Source: Nymphaea colorata (Eukaryota). Taken from it: a stretch of DNA of 64,000 bases. Positions 14,598 to 25,505 of the stretch are shown here, piece by piece. The translations under genes and the position numbers were made by a program. How positions within the stretch are numbered: the stretch's first letter is position 1; each line of letters begins with the position of its first letter. The DNA lies in assembly GCF_008831285.2 (NCBI RefSeq), contig NC_045138.2, positions 25,110,001 to 25,174,000 of the forward strand, read 5' to 3'. The notes under the pieces were generated by a model. That model searched no databases. It was given only the letters and a program-made list of their open reading frames with translations, and was not told the origin of the DNA.

Positions 14598-15411
14598 TGG
14601 ACCGATTGTGATCTCAACACAGAAGTCTTCCCCCTCTCTAAGTTCGTCGGGGTTTTTTGTCGCCTTCCCTTTGTTATTTCCCAAAAGAATAAAGAGATCT
14701 ACCTTATGATGATTGTGGAATCTGTGGTTCCTCTACATCTAGAAGTGAAGTGTTCAATTCAAACTTATCATTAAGTCAAGGGTGGCGAAGTAGCTGGTAT
14801 CTTGACGAAGGAGTCGCATCAAGCTTAATTTACTCTCTTAGTTCTTAATTTATAATCCACTAATTAGTCTAACAGCGGATAATGAAGTATATGTAAAATT
14901 GTGTTTAGTTCAATTATACGTTCCGGGTCATTCTAGTTATTTAGCACTCCAGAACAACTTGATTGTCACGTTAAAAATCGTCCACATCATTGTTGAGAGT
15001 GGGCATCTGGTTGCTCCCTTCGCCGCCAAGTGTGACAACTTCTTGGCGGAGTAGTGGGGAGCAGGTTGCTTCCTTCGCCGAAAAGTGACACACCTTCTTG
15101 GCGAAGTGTCAAATTCCCTCGCGACCTTGCAAGTCAAGGTATGACGTTCTTGGAATGATCTTTCGGGGGATAATTGTCAGTTTCACATTCTTGGAGATCT
15201 CACGAGAGAGAGATGACAAAAAGGTATTATCATTGAAAGTTTAATTTTCGTGCCAGTATCAATATGAGCGGACGCTTTACGAAAACTTGAGTCCAGAATA
15301 TCCAAAGTTCTTCCGGGAACTGTTACTGAGGTGCAATAATTCATAGCCCAAAAACAACTGAACCACGGCTCCTAGCCTGCATAGAATATTCCATTGTTTC
15401 TCCAATTGCAG

Positions 15412-15804
15412 GAACCTTTGCGGATTTGATCAGGGAAGCGGTGGAGAAGGTTGGGAGCGACTACACCCAATCAGTCATGCGACTACTCCCCTTTTCTTTT
15501 TCTTTTCGGTGCATATCTGTTGCGTGCACCCCTCTCAAGCACACAACTCACTCTCGTCCTACATAGATCTTAGAGAACTCAACAAGAGTAAGGAATTCTA
15601 TCCTTCAGTGGGCATGGAAGGCAACACACTGTGCCTTCTTGCCCTCCTGGATTCCTATGGAGGGCGTCCTCACAATCATGCCTTCCCCCATGAAGGACAA
15701 AGAACAAGTCGGATCAGACTTGGGGAGGAGGCATAGATCTCATTCTCAGTCTCTTCAAGGAGCATGCCGAAACTTTCAAGCAGATTGCGCACTCACTTGA
15801 TTGA
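15412..15804 (+). pseudogene. Orphan, degenerate duplicate of BAHD copy 2 exon 2
   Basis: Same acceptor (tccaattgcag|gaaccttt) and same end (cagattgc...cttgatTGA) as 14205-14597. Carries a short 5' deletion, an ~80-bp insertion and a 74-bp deletion. The 3' flank to ~16020 resembles 14598-14790. No exon 1 upstream. Confidence 0.88.
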
Positions 15805-18800
15805 TCAAATAATTGTGATCTCAACTTATAAGTACAGGGGGATCGAGTAACTCCCTCTCTCTCTCTCTCTCTCTCTCTTTCTTGTTTTTCAAAGGGAGAA
15901 AAGAGATGGATTTTTTAATGATTGTACTTATATTTGCATCTAATTAAGAGTAAAATCTTGTGGTTCCCCTACGTGATCTAAAGAAGCGTTCAATTCAAAC
16001 TGAATAAGTCAAAGGTGACAATAATATCTTAACCACTTTGTCTAAAAAAACCGAGTTCTGAAAAATGGGCAAGATGCAAACAAGAAATTATTAATGTACA
16101 ACAAAGATATACGTTCCCCCTGCTACATCTAAATTAAAAGTCTGCATTTTAAAGTCTTCAATCCAAACGGGTCTATCCCGGCCGGATAGTTGAAAAGGGC
16201 CATGCTTAATTTGACGTGATTGATAACACTTCAAAATTTTTTCAATTCAAATAGGTCTATCTCATGTAGTTGACTACCACCATGCTTCATCTGCAAGACA
16301 AGGTCTATGTAGTAAAATAAAAAAAAGATTGTGATAGGGCATCTACTTTTGAGGGCCCATTTTTCTTTGATATTGTTGAATGTGAGTCTTGACGACCACG
16401 TCTTAGGAGGACAACACTATCTTAATAAAATGGCAACTCCTTACAGGTCATTTGGTAACGGAAACAACATCTTGCTGTTTCATATATCTGTCTCAAAGAT
16501 TGGGGCAGATTGATGGATGCAACTTAAGATTCCACACGATCTCTTGTTCTACTGGTTAAGTTCATACTTACTACAATTGACTGAATGAGTATCTAGGCAT
16601 GATTAATTACTACAAGGAACCTTGAGTCTTACAGAACATGGCAAACGCCACGACCGAGAAAAAGATGGTCTGGTGGTGCCGATACATATTATATACTCTT
16701 ATTGGCGGATGTTCCTTTTTCCTTCACAGTCTGCTGCATTCTGTCATGTTACTTCATCCTCTGATTATGTGCTGAATGCAGCACTGGATTTCTCCGCATG
16801 GCAATGGCTTTCTGTTGCAAGATGTCTTTCGATACCTCACCACAAGAGGCCCTCAACATGGTTTACGTTTTCAAATTCGTCGTTATTTGCAAATTCAATT
16901 TCGTGATCATCTATAAATTGACTATAAAATTGGAGTCGCGGCGAGCTTGGTCCCATCAGGAGTCCTCTGTAGACGCAACTAATGAATGCTAATCTTCAAC
17001 TACATACATGTAATTCAATAGAACTTGTCCAGTAAACCAGTAAAGTACGGGAAGTTAGCATGACGCTAGTTATCATATACAGTAAACCATGCAAGTTGTG
17101 TCATTAGAAGGTCCTGTAATTCCAATAGAAACAGCATCATTAGATATGAGAAGTATTTTATCTACAGGTCCAATTGTGATGTCGCTAGACGAATGCCTAC
17201 GTTGAAGAAAAACTGGGTTTGGAAAATAAAAGCAAGAATTTGAAGACAATCTGCTATCATCCATGCCACCATCTGATCCGTGAACAGGAAATTGCTCCAT
17301 AATTTCTACAACAGAGCAACTTCCTTTTTCTTTAATCACTTTTGATGCCAAAGATTGGAACGCTTCCTAAAAGAGGTGGTTTTCTTGTTCTCGTTTGGAT
17401 CTGAAAATAACCCTCTGCTCATGGACAATGTGCACCGCCATGGCTATGTTGTCTTATATAACAATCATTGGAACATAAATTTTAACGATAATTTGCATCA
17501 GATACTATACTGACAATGACCTCATCTTTGAGACGGAAAAAGAAGCTCGTCTACGATCAACGATCTTGAAGACCATAACTGTGGATCTTGCTATACTCTT
17601 TAGTTTCAATAGTAATGATGAAGTTGTTTCCTGGAAATTGCTAAACCCATATCTGCAAGATATTACTGATCAGAACTTTTTCCATCAATCAAACGGCCTC
17701 CGAAAGAAATCTCTATTGGGATGAATGAAACATTCATGGGTGTGCCTTTAGCAGGTGATCCTTTGAGGTTGTTCATGTATATATATATATATATATATAT
17801 ACAGGTCGATCGTAAGGAAATTTCTGAATCATTTCAATCAAGTTTCGAATCATGGGGTTGAATCAAGTAACTAACCGACTTAGTTTTTTGTTGCTTGTCA
17901 CCTTCTCGGTGTTCAGAACAACATGAAATGTGCTCGTTTTGGGTTGCTACTGGCAGCAACACGAAGCCAGCTCTTTCCTGAACCACACCAAGCCAACTTC
18001 CACAGTTTGCACCAAAAGAACACACCTCGGTTGAGCCTGACCTGGTTCACTAAGGTCCACAATGTGTCAATGGCACTCAGGCTGAATCTGATCCGAAAAG
18101 ATCCGCTTTGGTAATCGTATCTGAGTGTGTGTGGCCTGGTGGCGAACTGTTAAATTGCATAGCGATGTGCTACTGGTTACAAACAGTAGAATATCATTTG
18201 GAATTTGTATTTAGTCCAATTTGGATTTATTCTCTACATTTATAAAAACACATTGGAAATTTTGTAGGCTGAATGTTGTTCTCAACCAAGTCGACCGTGA
18301 AGAATTAATACATATGGAGCAATTTGTTTGAAGCAATATGGTGAGATGTATAAACAACACGAGAAATCACAGACAAATTTAGCAAATTAACTTCTTCGAT
18401 TATGCTTATGCCCAAACAAAAAAGCCATAAAGAAAAAGGTACTATTTTTTCGGATTTGTAGTCAATGCTAAAAGGTACAGTTAGAAATAAGCGAATTTAC
18501 CTTCCATGCCTCGGAAAGCAGGGTTACAGAGGATACTTTCTAATCCATTGCACTAAATGGACTATAGTGTGATCATTAGCCTATTGGATAGAGAGTGTGC
18601 AGGTGAAATAACAAAATCTTTATGAGTCAATAACTGCAAAAGGATCACGTGTATAAAAAATTGAGAAAACATTTGCAGTTCACCTAAAAGGCTAAATTGC
18701 TCTGTTTTATATGCTTTTCAGACAAATTTTTCTTTGTGGGTTGCATTAAAACAAAAAAAAAAGCTGGAACTTAAGCTGGTCCCAATATTGATAGTTGCTG

Positions 18801-19772
18801 AAATGCGATTCCAGATAGCCATCCTGTGGGTGGTAATAATTCATCTTTGTTCGATTTTGAACACCTAGTCGGCAAATATATAGCTTACCATAGATTTTAT
18901 GGGCCCATTACCATTAGGTTATTATGTTGTCCAAATAATCATTTCGAAACATACTTTAGTGCATGGCATTTTCACCTGCTATCTTGTCTCCACTTTTTTT
19001 TTGGAAAAATAATCAGATGAAGTCAGAAATTGAGTAAGATCTCACAGCCAGGCACAGAGAGAAGAATCGTTACGATGCTGTTCTTCTTTTGAGAACACCT
19101 TATTCTTCCAGTTTCACCTTTTCACTTCAAGTGAAACCTTTTATTTGTGAAAAAACGGTGATTTCGCTGCCCAATGAAGTGTTAAAGTAAGGTCGTAATG
19201 ATGTTGAGCAGGATTTAACTGAACAAGAGTTGTATCAATTGACAGTTCATGAAGGTTTGTTAACTGAAGGCCCTTTTATCCATGCAAGAAGGATAGCATG
19301 TTTCTATCTGTCTTACACTTGTTACGCCTATCGTACGATGACAGGGGTACTACTATAACTGGATTAATGGAGCTTACAGAGAAATTTGTCAAGCTCTGTA
19401 CGTCCCCTTTTAGTATGGATACCAGAGACAAGTTTGGGAATGATGCTTACACACTCTGTGCGTGTGGATCTTTCTATGAAATAGAATATCAGATGCAACG
19501 GTTACAACAGTAAATGTGACAGATAATGAAGATAACAAGAATATATAGTTACATATTTGAAACAGATTTGCAACCGTTCAAAAATTTGAATTTCTATGTA
19601 ATCCTAAAATCTCTCGCTGCTTGTGGTTATCGTCCAAGATATTTACGGAAGACTGACTCGTATCCTTATCCTTATCATCCCCTGTTCTCAGAAGTTCAAC
19701 CACATCAACATCAATCTCAGTAGCTACTTTTCATTTTTTACTCTCTTGATCTATCACTGTCAAAGAAGTTCA

Positions 19773-20180
19773 TGTTGGAGCTTTGCTAGAAATCTAGATA
19801 GCGCACAAACGAAAATGCAGAAATCGAAAAATAAACATTCATGATTCATGTGGTTTCATATAGGGCGGAAGAAGAACCTGTAGAGGCGACCGCCGACAGA
19901 ATGTCGGCAGTTGTGGGAAGAACGGCTACAGTCCCCATAGAGTCGTTCTCTTGCGGAGGTAGCGGCGGTGGCGGCGGCGGCAATGGGTTTCTCTCCTCAG
20001 CCATAGCAGCCCAGTGATGGGGACAGACAATTCACGTATGGCTAAGGAGACCGATTACCCAGACGGTAAAAACTTGATGTGTCTCACACCATCACAAAAC
20101 ACATGTATTTATACTTAAGGGTTCGATACGGATATGGACCCGTATCGACGCAGGACTATCCAAATGGAGAAATCCCAACA
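19773..20180 (-). repeat. 3' LTR of the copia element
   Basis: tgttggag...atcccaaca; about 19 substitutions versus 25506-25913 by manual alignment. Confidence 0.95.
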
Positions 20181-20190
20181 ATCTTCCACT
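20181..20190 (-). other. Polypurine tract of the copia element
   Basis: AGTGGAAGAT on the minus strand immediately before the TGTTGGG of the 3' LTR. Confidence 0.8.
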
Positions 20191-20380
20191 AGTCCAAGTC
20201 GATATGAAGGGTAAACAAAATGAAAGGATTAGCCTTAAAATCCATTCCAAGGTCCCACCTTGTTGTCTTACAAAACTTCTCAACAAACAAATGAGAATAC
20301 AAAATAAATAGACAACAAACTTAATGAGAATCAACAAACTGTATGTGATCACATTTATAAATGTTTGTATAATAGTGTGT

Positions 20381-23300
20381 TTACATTAAACTACACAAAC
20401 CCATCCTCTTAACATGTTCAAAGAACATACCAGATGCTAGCGCTTTAGTAAGAGGATCTGCAACCATATTTGTAGTCCCAATGTGTTGAATACACACTAG
20501 TTGATTCTCTGTCTTTTCCTTAACAACAAAATACTTAAGTTCCATATGCTTACAAGAAGTAGTACTTTTGTTGTTGTTGGAAAAAGACACTGCAGCTTCA
20601 TTATCACAGTGAACCTTAAGTGGTCTATCAATGGATTCCACTATCTTGAGCTGTGAAATGAAGTTCTTTATCCAAATTGCCTGTGATGTAGTCTCATATA
20701 ATGCAATGAATTCTGCTTCCATGGTGTGAGCAGCAGTCACAGTCTGCTTTTTGCTCTCCCATGAGATGGCACCTCCCGATAGAAGGAAAACAAAACCAGT
20801 AGTAGACTTTCTACTATCGGTACATCCTCCAAGATCGGCATCAGAATAGTCAATCACTTCTAAATGGTCCACCTTGCGATATGTCAACATGTAATCTTTT
20901 GTCCCTTGCAAGTACCACATGACTCTCTTTACGGCCTTCCAATGTGCCATGCCTGAATTAGATTGAAATCTACCAAGCATGCCAACAGCAAAGGAAATGT
21001 CAGGCCTAGTACAAATCTGCGCATACTGCAAGCTGCCAACCGCAGATGCATATGGAATGTTGATCATTTGTGCCTTTTAAAATTCGTCCTTTGGACAATC
21101 ATTTAGGCTCAATTTATCCCCTTTAGCTATGGGTGCCGAAATAGGAGAACAATTCTCCATCCCATATCTTTTAAGAACTTTATTGATGTATGCTGATTGA
21201 GAGAGACTTAAAACACATTTAGATCTGTCTCGACGAATCTCAGTGCCAAGAACAAATGAAGCCTCACCCATGTCCTTCATCTCAAAATGAGATGCGAGAA
21301 AATGTTTGGTTTCTGTTAGCAATTGAAGATCATTTGAAGCAAGCAAAATGTCATCCACATATAAAGACAAAATTATGAACTTACTCACACATGTCTTAAG
21401 ATACACACATCGATCAATGATGTTTTCTATAAACCCAAAAGTCGTAATGATTTCAGAAAACTTAATGTACCATTGACGTGAGGCCTGTTTAAGTCCATAA
21501 ATCGCTTTATTAAGCTTGCAAACCAAATGATCTTTACCACTCTCAGAAAACCCTTGAGGTTGATCCATATATACCTCTTCATCCAAATCACCATTTAAGA
21601 AAGCCGTTTTCACATCCATCTCATGTAGCTGTAAGTCAAAATGAGCTACAAGTACAAGAACAATCATCATTGACTCTTTAGCAGAGACAGGTGAATATGT
21701 TTCATTATAGTCAATGCTCTCCATTTGTGTGAATTCTTTAGCAACCAATCTTGCCTTGTATCTCTCTATGTTGCCTTTAGAGTCTCTCTTGGTCTGATAG
21801 ACCCATTTACACCCTACGGGCTTTACTCTTTCAGGCAACGACACAAGGCTCCATGTCTAGTTTTTAGCCATAGAGTCAAGCTCTTCTTTCATTGCATTAA
21901 TCCAGTGCCTATATTGTTTGTTTTCAACGGCTTCAATGAATGTGAAATGATCATCATCAACATTTATGAAATCACTAAGCTCTTGTATGTATACCACATA
22001 GTCTGCTGATATGGCAGATCTCCTGGCCCTTGTAGATCTACGAACAGGTAATTGATCATTTTCAATTTCTATGATTTATATGTCTACATCCTGTTCGTGT
22101 TCATCAGTATGATCTATACTTAATTCATCTGGATCTGATGCATTGCCTGTATGATTTGCATTCATGTCATACTGGGAGACAACATAATCATACACATTTA
22201 TATTTTCTTTATCAGGTCTACTTTCAGTATCCTGTATTTCCTCAAAATTGAGGTTTTGTAATGCATCTAACCCAAATGAGCCATCTTCCAGGAACTTAGC
22301 CTTATCTGTTTCCACAATATGTGGTGTATGAGATGGACAATAAAACCTATAGCCTTTCGATTTTTCTGGATAACCAATAAAGAAACCACTGGTTGTTCTA
22401 GGATCAAAGGCTTTTACGTAGGGGTTATACAATTTAGCTTCAGCAGGACATCCCCATATGTGCATATAAGAAAGGGAGGGTTTCCTACCTGTCCATAACT
22501 CGTAAGGAGTTGTGAGAATAACCTTAGTAGGAACCCTATTCTAGATATGCACTGCTGTTCTGAGAGCTTCACCCCACAAAGTTAGAGGGAGAGTAGAGTA
22601 ATTTAACATAGCTCGAACCATTTCTTTAAGCGTACGATTTCTTCTTTCAGCAACACCATTTTGGTAGGCGCTGCCTGGCATAGTGTATTGAGGCACAATG
22701 CCTTCTTCCTTAAGAAATCACGCTAATGGTCCCTCCCTTTGTCCCATCTCAGTGAACCTACCATAGTATTCACCACCTCTATCAGATCTGACTATCTTGA
22801 TAACCTCACCGGTTTGTTTCTCTACTTCTTTCTTATAGTCTTTGAAAACTTGACACACATCGGATTTTTCAAAGATTAAGTAGAGATACAAATACCGAGA
22901 ATAATCATTTATAAAGGTGACAAAATACTTTTCGCCTGTGTAACAAGGAGGGAAAGGTCCACAAACATCTGTGTGAACAATTCCTAACTTTTCAGTACAT
23001 CGCTCGGCACCTTCTTTATATATGTTAGTTTGCTTTGCCTTTATGCAATCTACACATATGTCGTTATCTGTAAAATCAAGAGATCATAAGATCCCTTCAT
23101 TTAGGAGTCTCCTTATTCTCTTTTCAGAGATATGACCCAAACGGCGGTGCCATAGCATGTATGAATCATCCTTTATGGTACTACGCTTATTGCCAATTAT
23201 ATTATGACTAGAAACCAACGATTCAGGAGATTGGATCTTCACATTCAACTTGTATAAACCATTACACAAAATAGCAGAACCAATTTCAACAAGATCTTTA

Positions 23301-24470
23301 TAAATCAACATCTTTGAGTTTTCAAACTTTAAACAGAAATCAAATTTGTCCAGTCTTGATACAAAAATTAAGTTTCTACTATATGATGGAACAAAGAAAA
23401 CATCATGAAGATCTAAAACAAAGCCAGTATCAAGCCTAATCTGGCATTCTCCTACAGCCTTGACATGTGAGCGCATTTTGTTTCCTGAGAAAATGCACCT
23501 CTCATGTAGTGTTGGTTCCCTTTTGCTCAGAAAGTCCTGTAAATTATTAGCAATATGCACAGTAGCACCAGAGTCAATCCACCAGCTATTAATAGTTTCA
23601 AGTGAAACAAATGACATGTTACCTTTTTCTCTAACCAATTCTTGTACTTGATGCAGTCTGACTTCTTATGCCTCTTTTTCTTGCAAAAGAAACACTTTAT
23701 AGGGGCTAAGTTAGTCTGCGCAGTTTGAGAAGCAGTTTGTCCTGTTGACTTCTTCTTGGCACTCTTTTTCATTCAACTTTTCTTTATGCCAACTTTACCA
23801 GCCCCAGAGTAAGAAACCATATGTGCACTTTGCAACTTCTCACCCTTCATTCTTTCCTCCTCTTCAACACACTTGGACATCAATTCATTGAATGTTCATT
23901 CAGTATTGTGTTGTAATTGATCTTAAAAGGAGTATATTCAGCTGGTAAAGAGGTCAAAGTAAAGAATACCAAGAATGATTCAGAAATAGTCAACTTCATG
24001 TCATTCAATTGAGAAGCAATGTTCCTCATCTCTAACATATGCTGGCGAATGTTACCCCCTCCTTGATATTTCATAAATATTAACTTTGACATTAGGGTAC
24101 TGGCTCTGACTTTATGAGAACTAACAAACTGAGCTTCAACTGCATCCAAGAACTCTCTCACCGATCTACAAGGTGGGATAGCACCACGTATGTTCTTAGC
24201 GACCCTTGATTGCAAAAGCAACAAGCTTAGTCGGTTAAAACGCTCCCACTTGTCTAAATACACTATTTCATTATGTGTACTTTCTAGTGTAAGAGGTGGT
24301 GGCTCAGGTCGCCTCAAAGCCATATCTAGATCCATATACCCCAATGTAAACACAACATTTTCTTTCCATTCAGCATAATTCGAATCATCAAGTAAAGGGA
24401 TAGAATTTGAGCCATTAAAATAAATAGATCCAGGCACTGCAGACGACAAAAGAAATTCATAAGTTGACAT
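20381..24470 (-). pseudogene. Disrupted gag-pol of the copia element
   Basis: gag (24470-23880), CX2CX4HX4C knuckle CFFCKKKRHKKSDC, protease WWIDSGAT, LWHRRLGH, integrase IVRSDRGGEY, RT YVDD (21844-21077), RNase H YSDAD/DNEAA/ADPLTKAL (21067-20381). Several in-frame stops and frameshifts. Confidence 0.93.
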
Positions 24471-24556
24471 GCATTATATGAGACAAACCATATGGAACAG
24501 TAAACCAAATAAAAGGCTATTTATGTCTACTATTTCCAAGACAAATACCCGGGGTC

Positions 24557-24877
24557 ATTAGGATACTACTTTGGTAATATACCTAATACGCACATGTATT
24601 CCGTCTTAACTTTATCTAGTAAAACTAGGAAATGTAAATCCAAACTATAGTTAAGCACAACACCTTTGGGTGTAAAATGACAGAACTATGTAAGGATCTA
24701 TTTTCCTATTTTACTCTACTTATTCTCTTGAACATAACACATTACCTTTGGGTAATTATGCTAATTCAAATGAGAATAAGTACAACATGAAACACTAATG
24801 TGTCTTTAAATCATGCGTAGTCACTTTGGTGAGGTATAACATGATTTAACTAATCATAGGCTCCTTACATTAGCGTT
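24557..24877 (-). other. Array of four long imperfect hairpins with identical CAAA loops in the copia leader
   Basis: Loops (plus-strand TTTG, closed by C-G) at 24570, 24665, 24747 and 24825; the stems are unrelated in sequence. Confidence 0.8.
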
Positions 24878-25160
24878 ATCGCACAATTTTATGATCACGC
24901 AATAAAATTTAACCTTAGCATAATCTTAAACAAAAAAAAACATGATACAAAAATATAACATGTCACAATAACACATTTAAAATGAAATACACGAATCACA
25001 TGAATCATTTCTGCATAATCAACTTAATGCTATCTAAATTATTCATTAAAGCTCCATAAAACATAATGAATCAGTCCTGTATCGATCTAAAATGATCAAA
25101 CCAATCCATTAAACACCTTAAATGGGCATACAAACACATGTACCAGCTTCCTCTAGCTTA

Positions 25161-25470
25161 GAACCGGTCCCATATCAGTCCTAAATGGACCGAACCGGTA
25201 GAAAACTAGATGAACCGGTCCGAAAAGGGAAAGAACCGGTCTCAAACAACTCTGAATCGGTTCAAAAGGGCCCAAACCGGTTCTAAAACCGAATGAACCG
25301 GTCTGAAAAACAATTGAACCGGTCCAGAAAGGATCTGAATCGGTCCTAAAATGCCCGAACCGGTTCTGAAACGGCCCGAATCGGTCCTTAAATGGACCGA
25401 ATCGGTCTCTAAAATCCTGAACCGGTCCTGAAACGAACCGTGTCGGTTCAGAAACGGACCGAATCGGTTC
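25161..25470. repeat. Phased array of GAA(C/T)CGGT cores, period 20-21 bp
   Basis: Cores at ~25161, 25192, 25212, 25233, 25254, 25274, 25295, 25316, 25337, 25357, 25378, 25399, 25419, 25440 (degenerate) and 25461. Confidence 0.9.
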
Positions 25471-25505
25471 AGTTTATAAAATCAGACCGAATGGATACGG
25501 TCCAT

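Noticed and set aside
19050..19095. REKNRY, reminiscent of the tyrosine-phosphatase KNRY motif
   Set aside because: No following D-x-x-P, WPD or HC(X)5R motifs found; probably chance.
25144..25180. Possible extra mini-exon in the copia leader (ttag|...CTG|gtacat)
   Set aside because: At 37 nt it shifts the frame and contains a stop when joined to the LTR exon; unsupported without other copies.
25161..25470. CRISPR-like appearance (constant core, variable spacers)
   Set aside because: Core is only 8 bp and spacers 12-13 bp and mutually related; it lies inside a plant retrotransposon with no cas genes.
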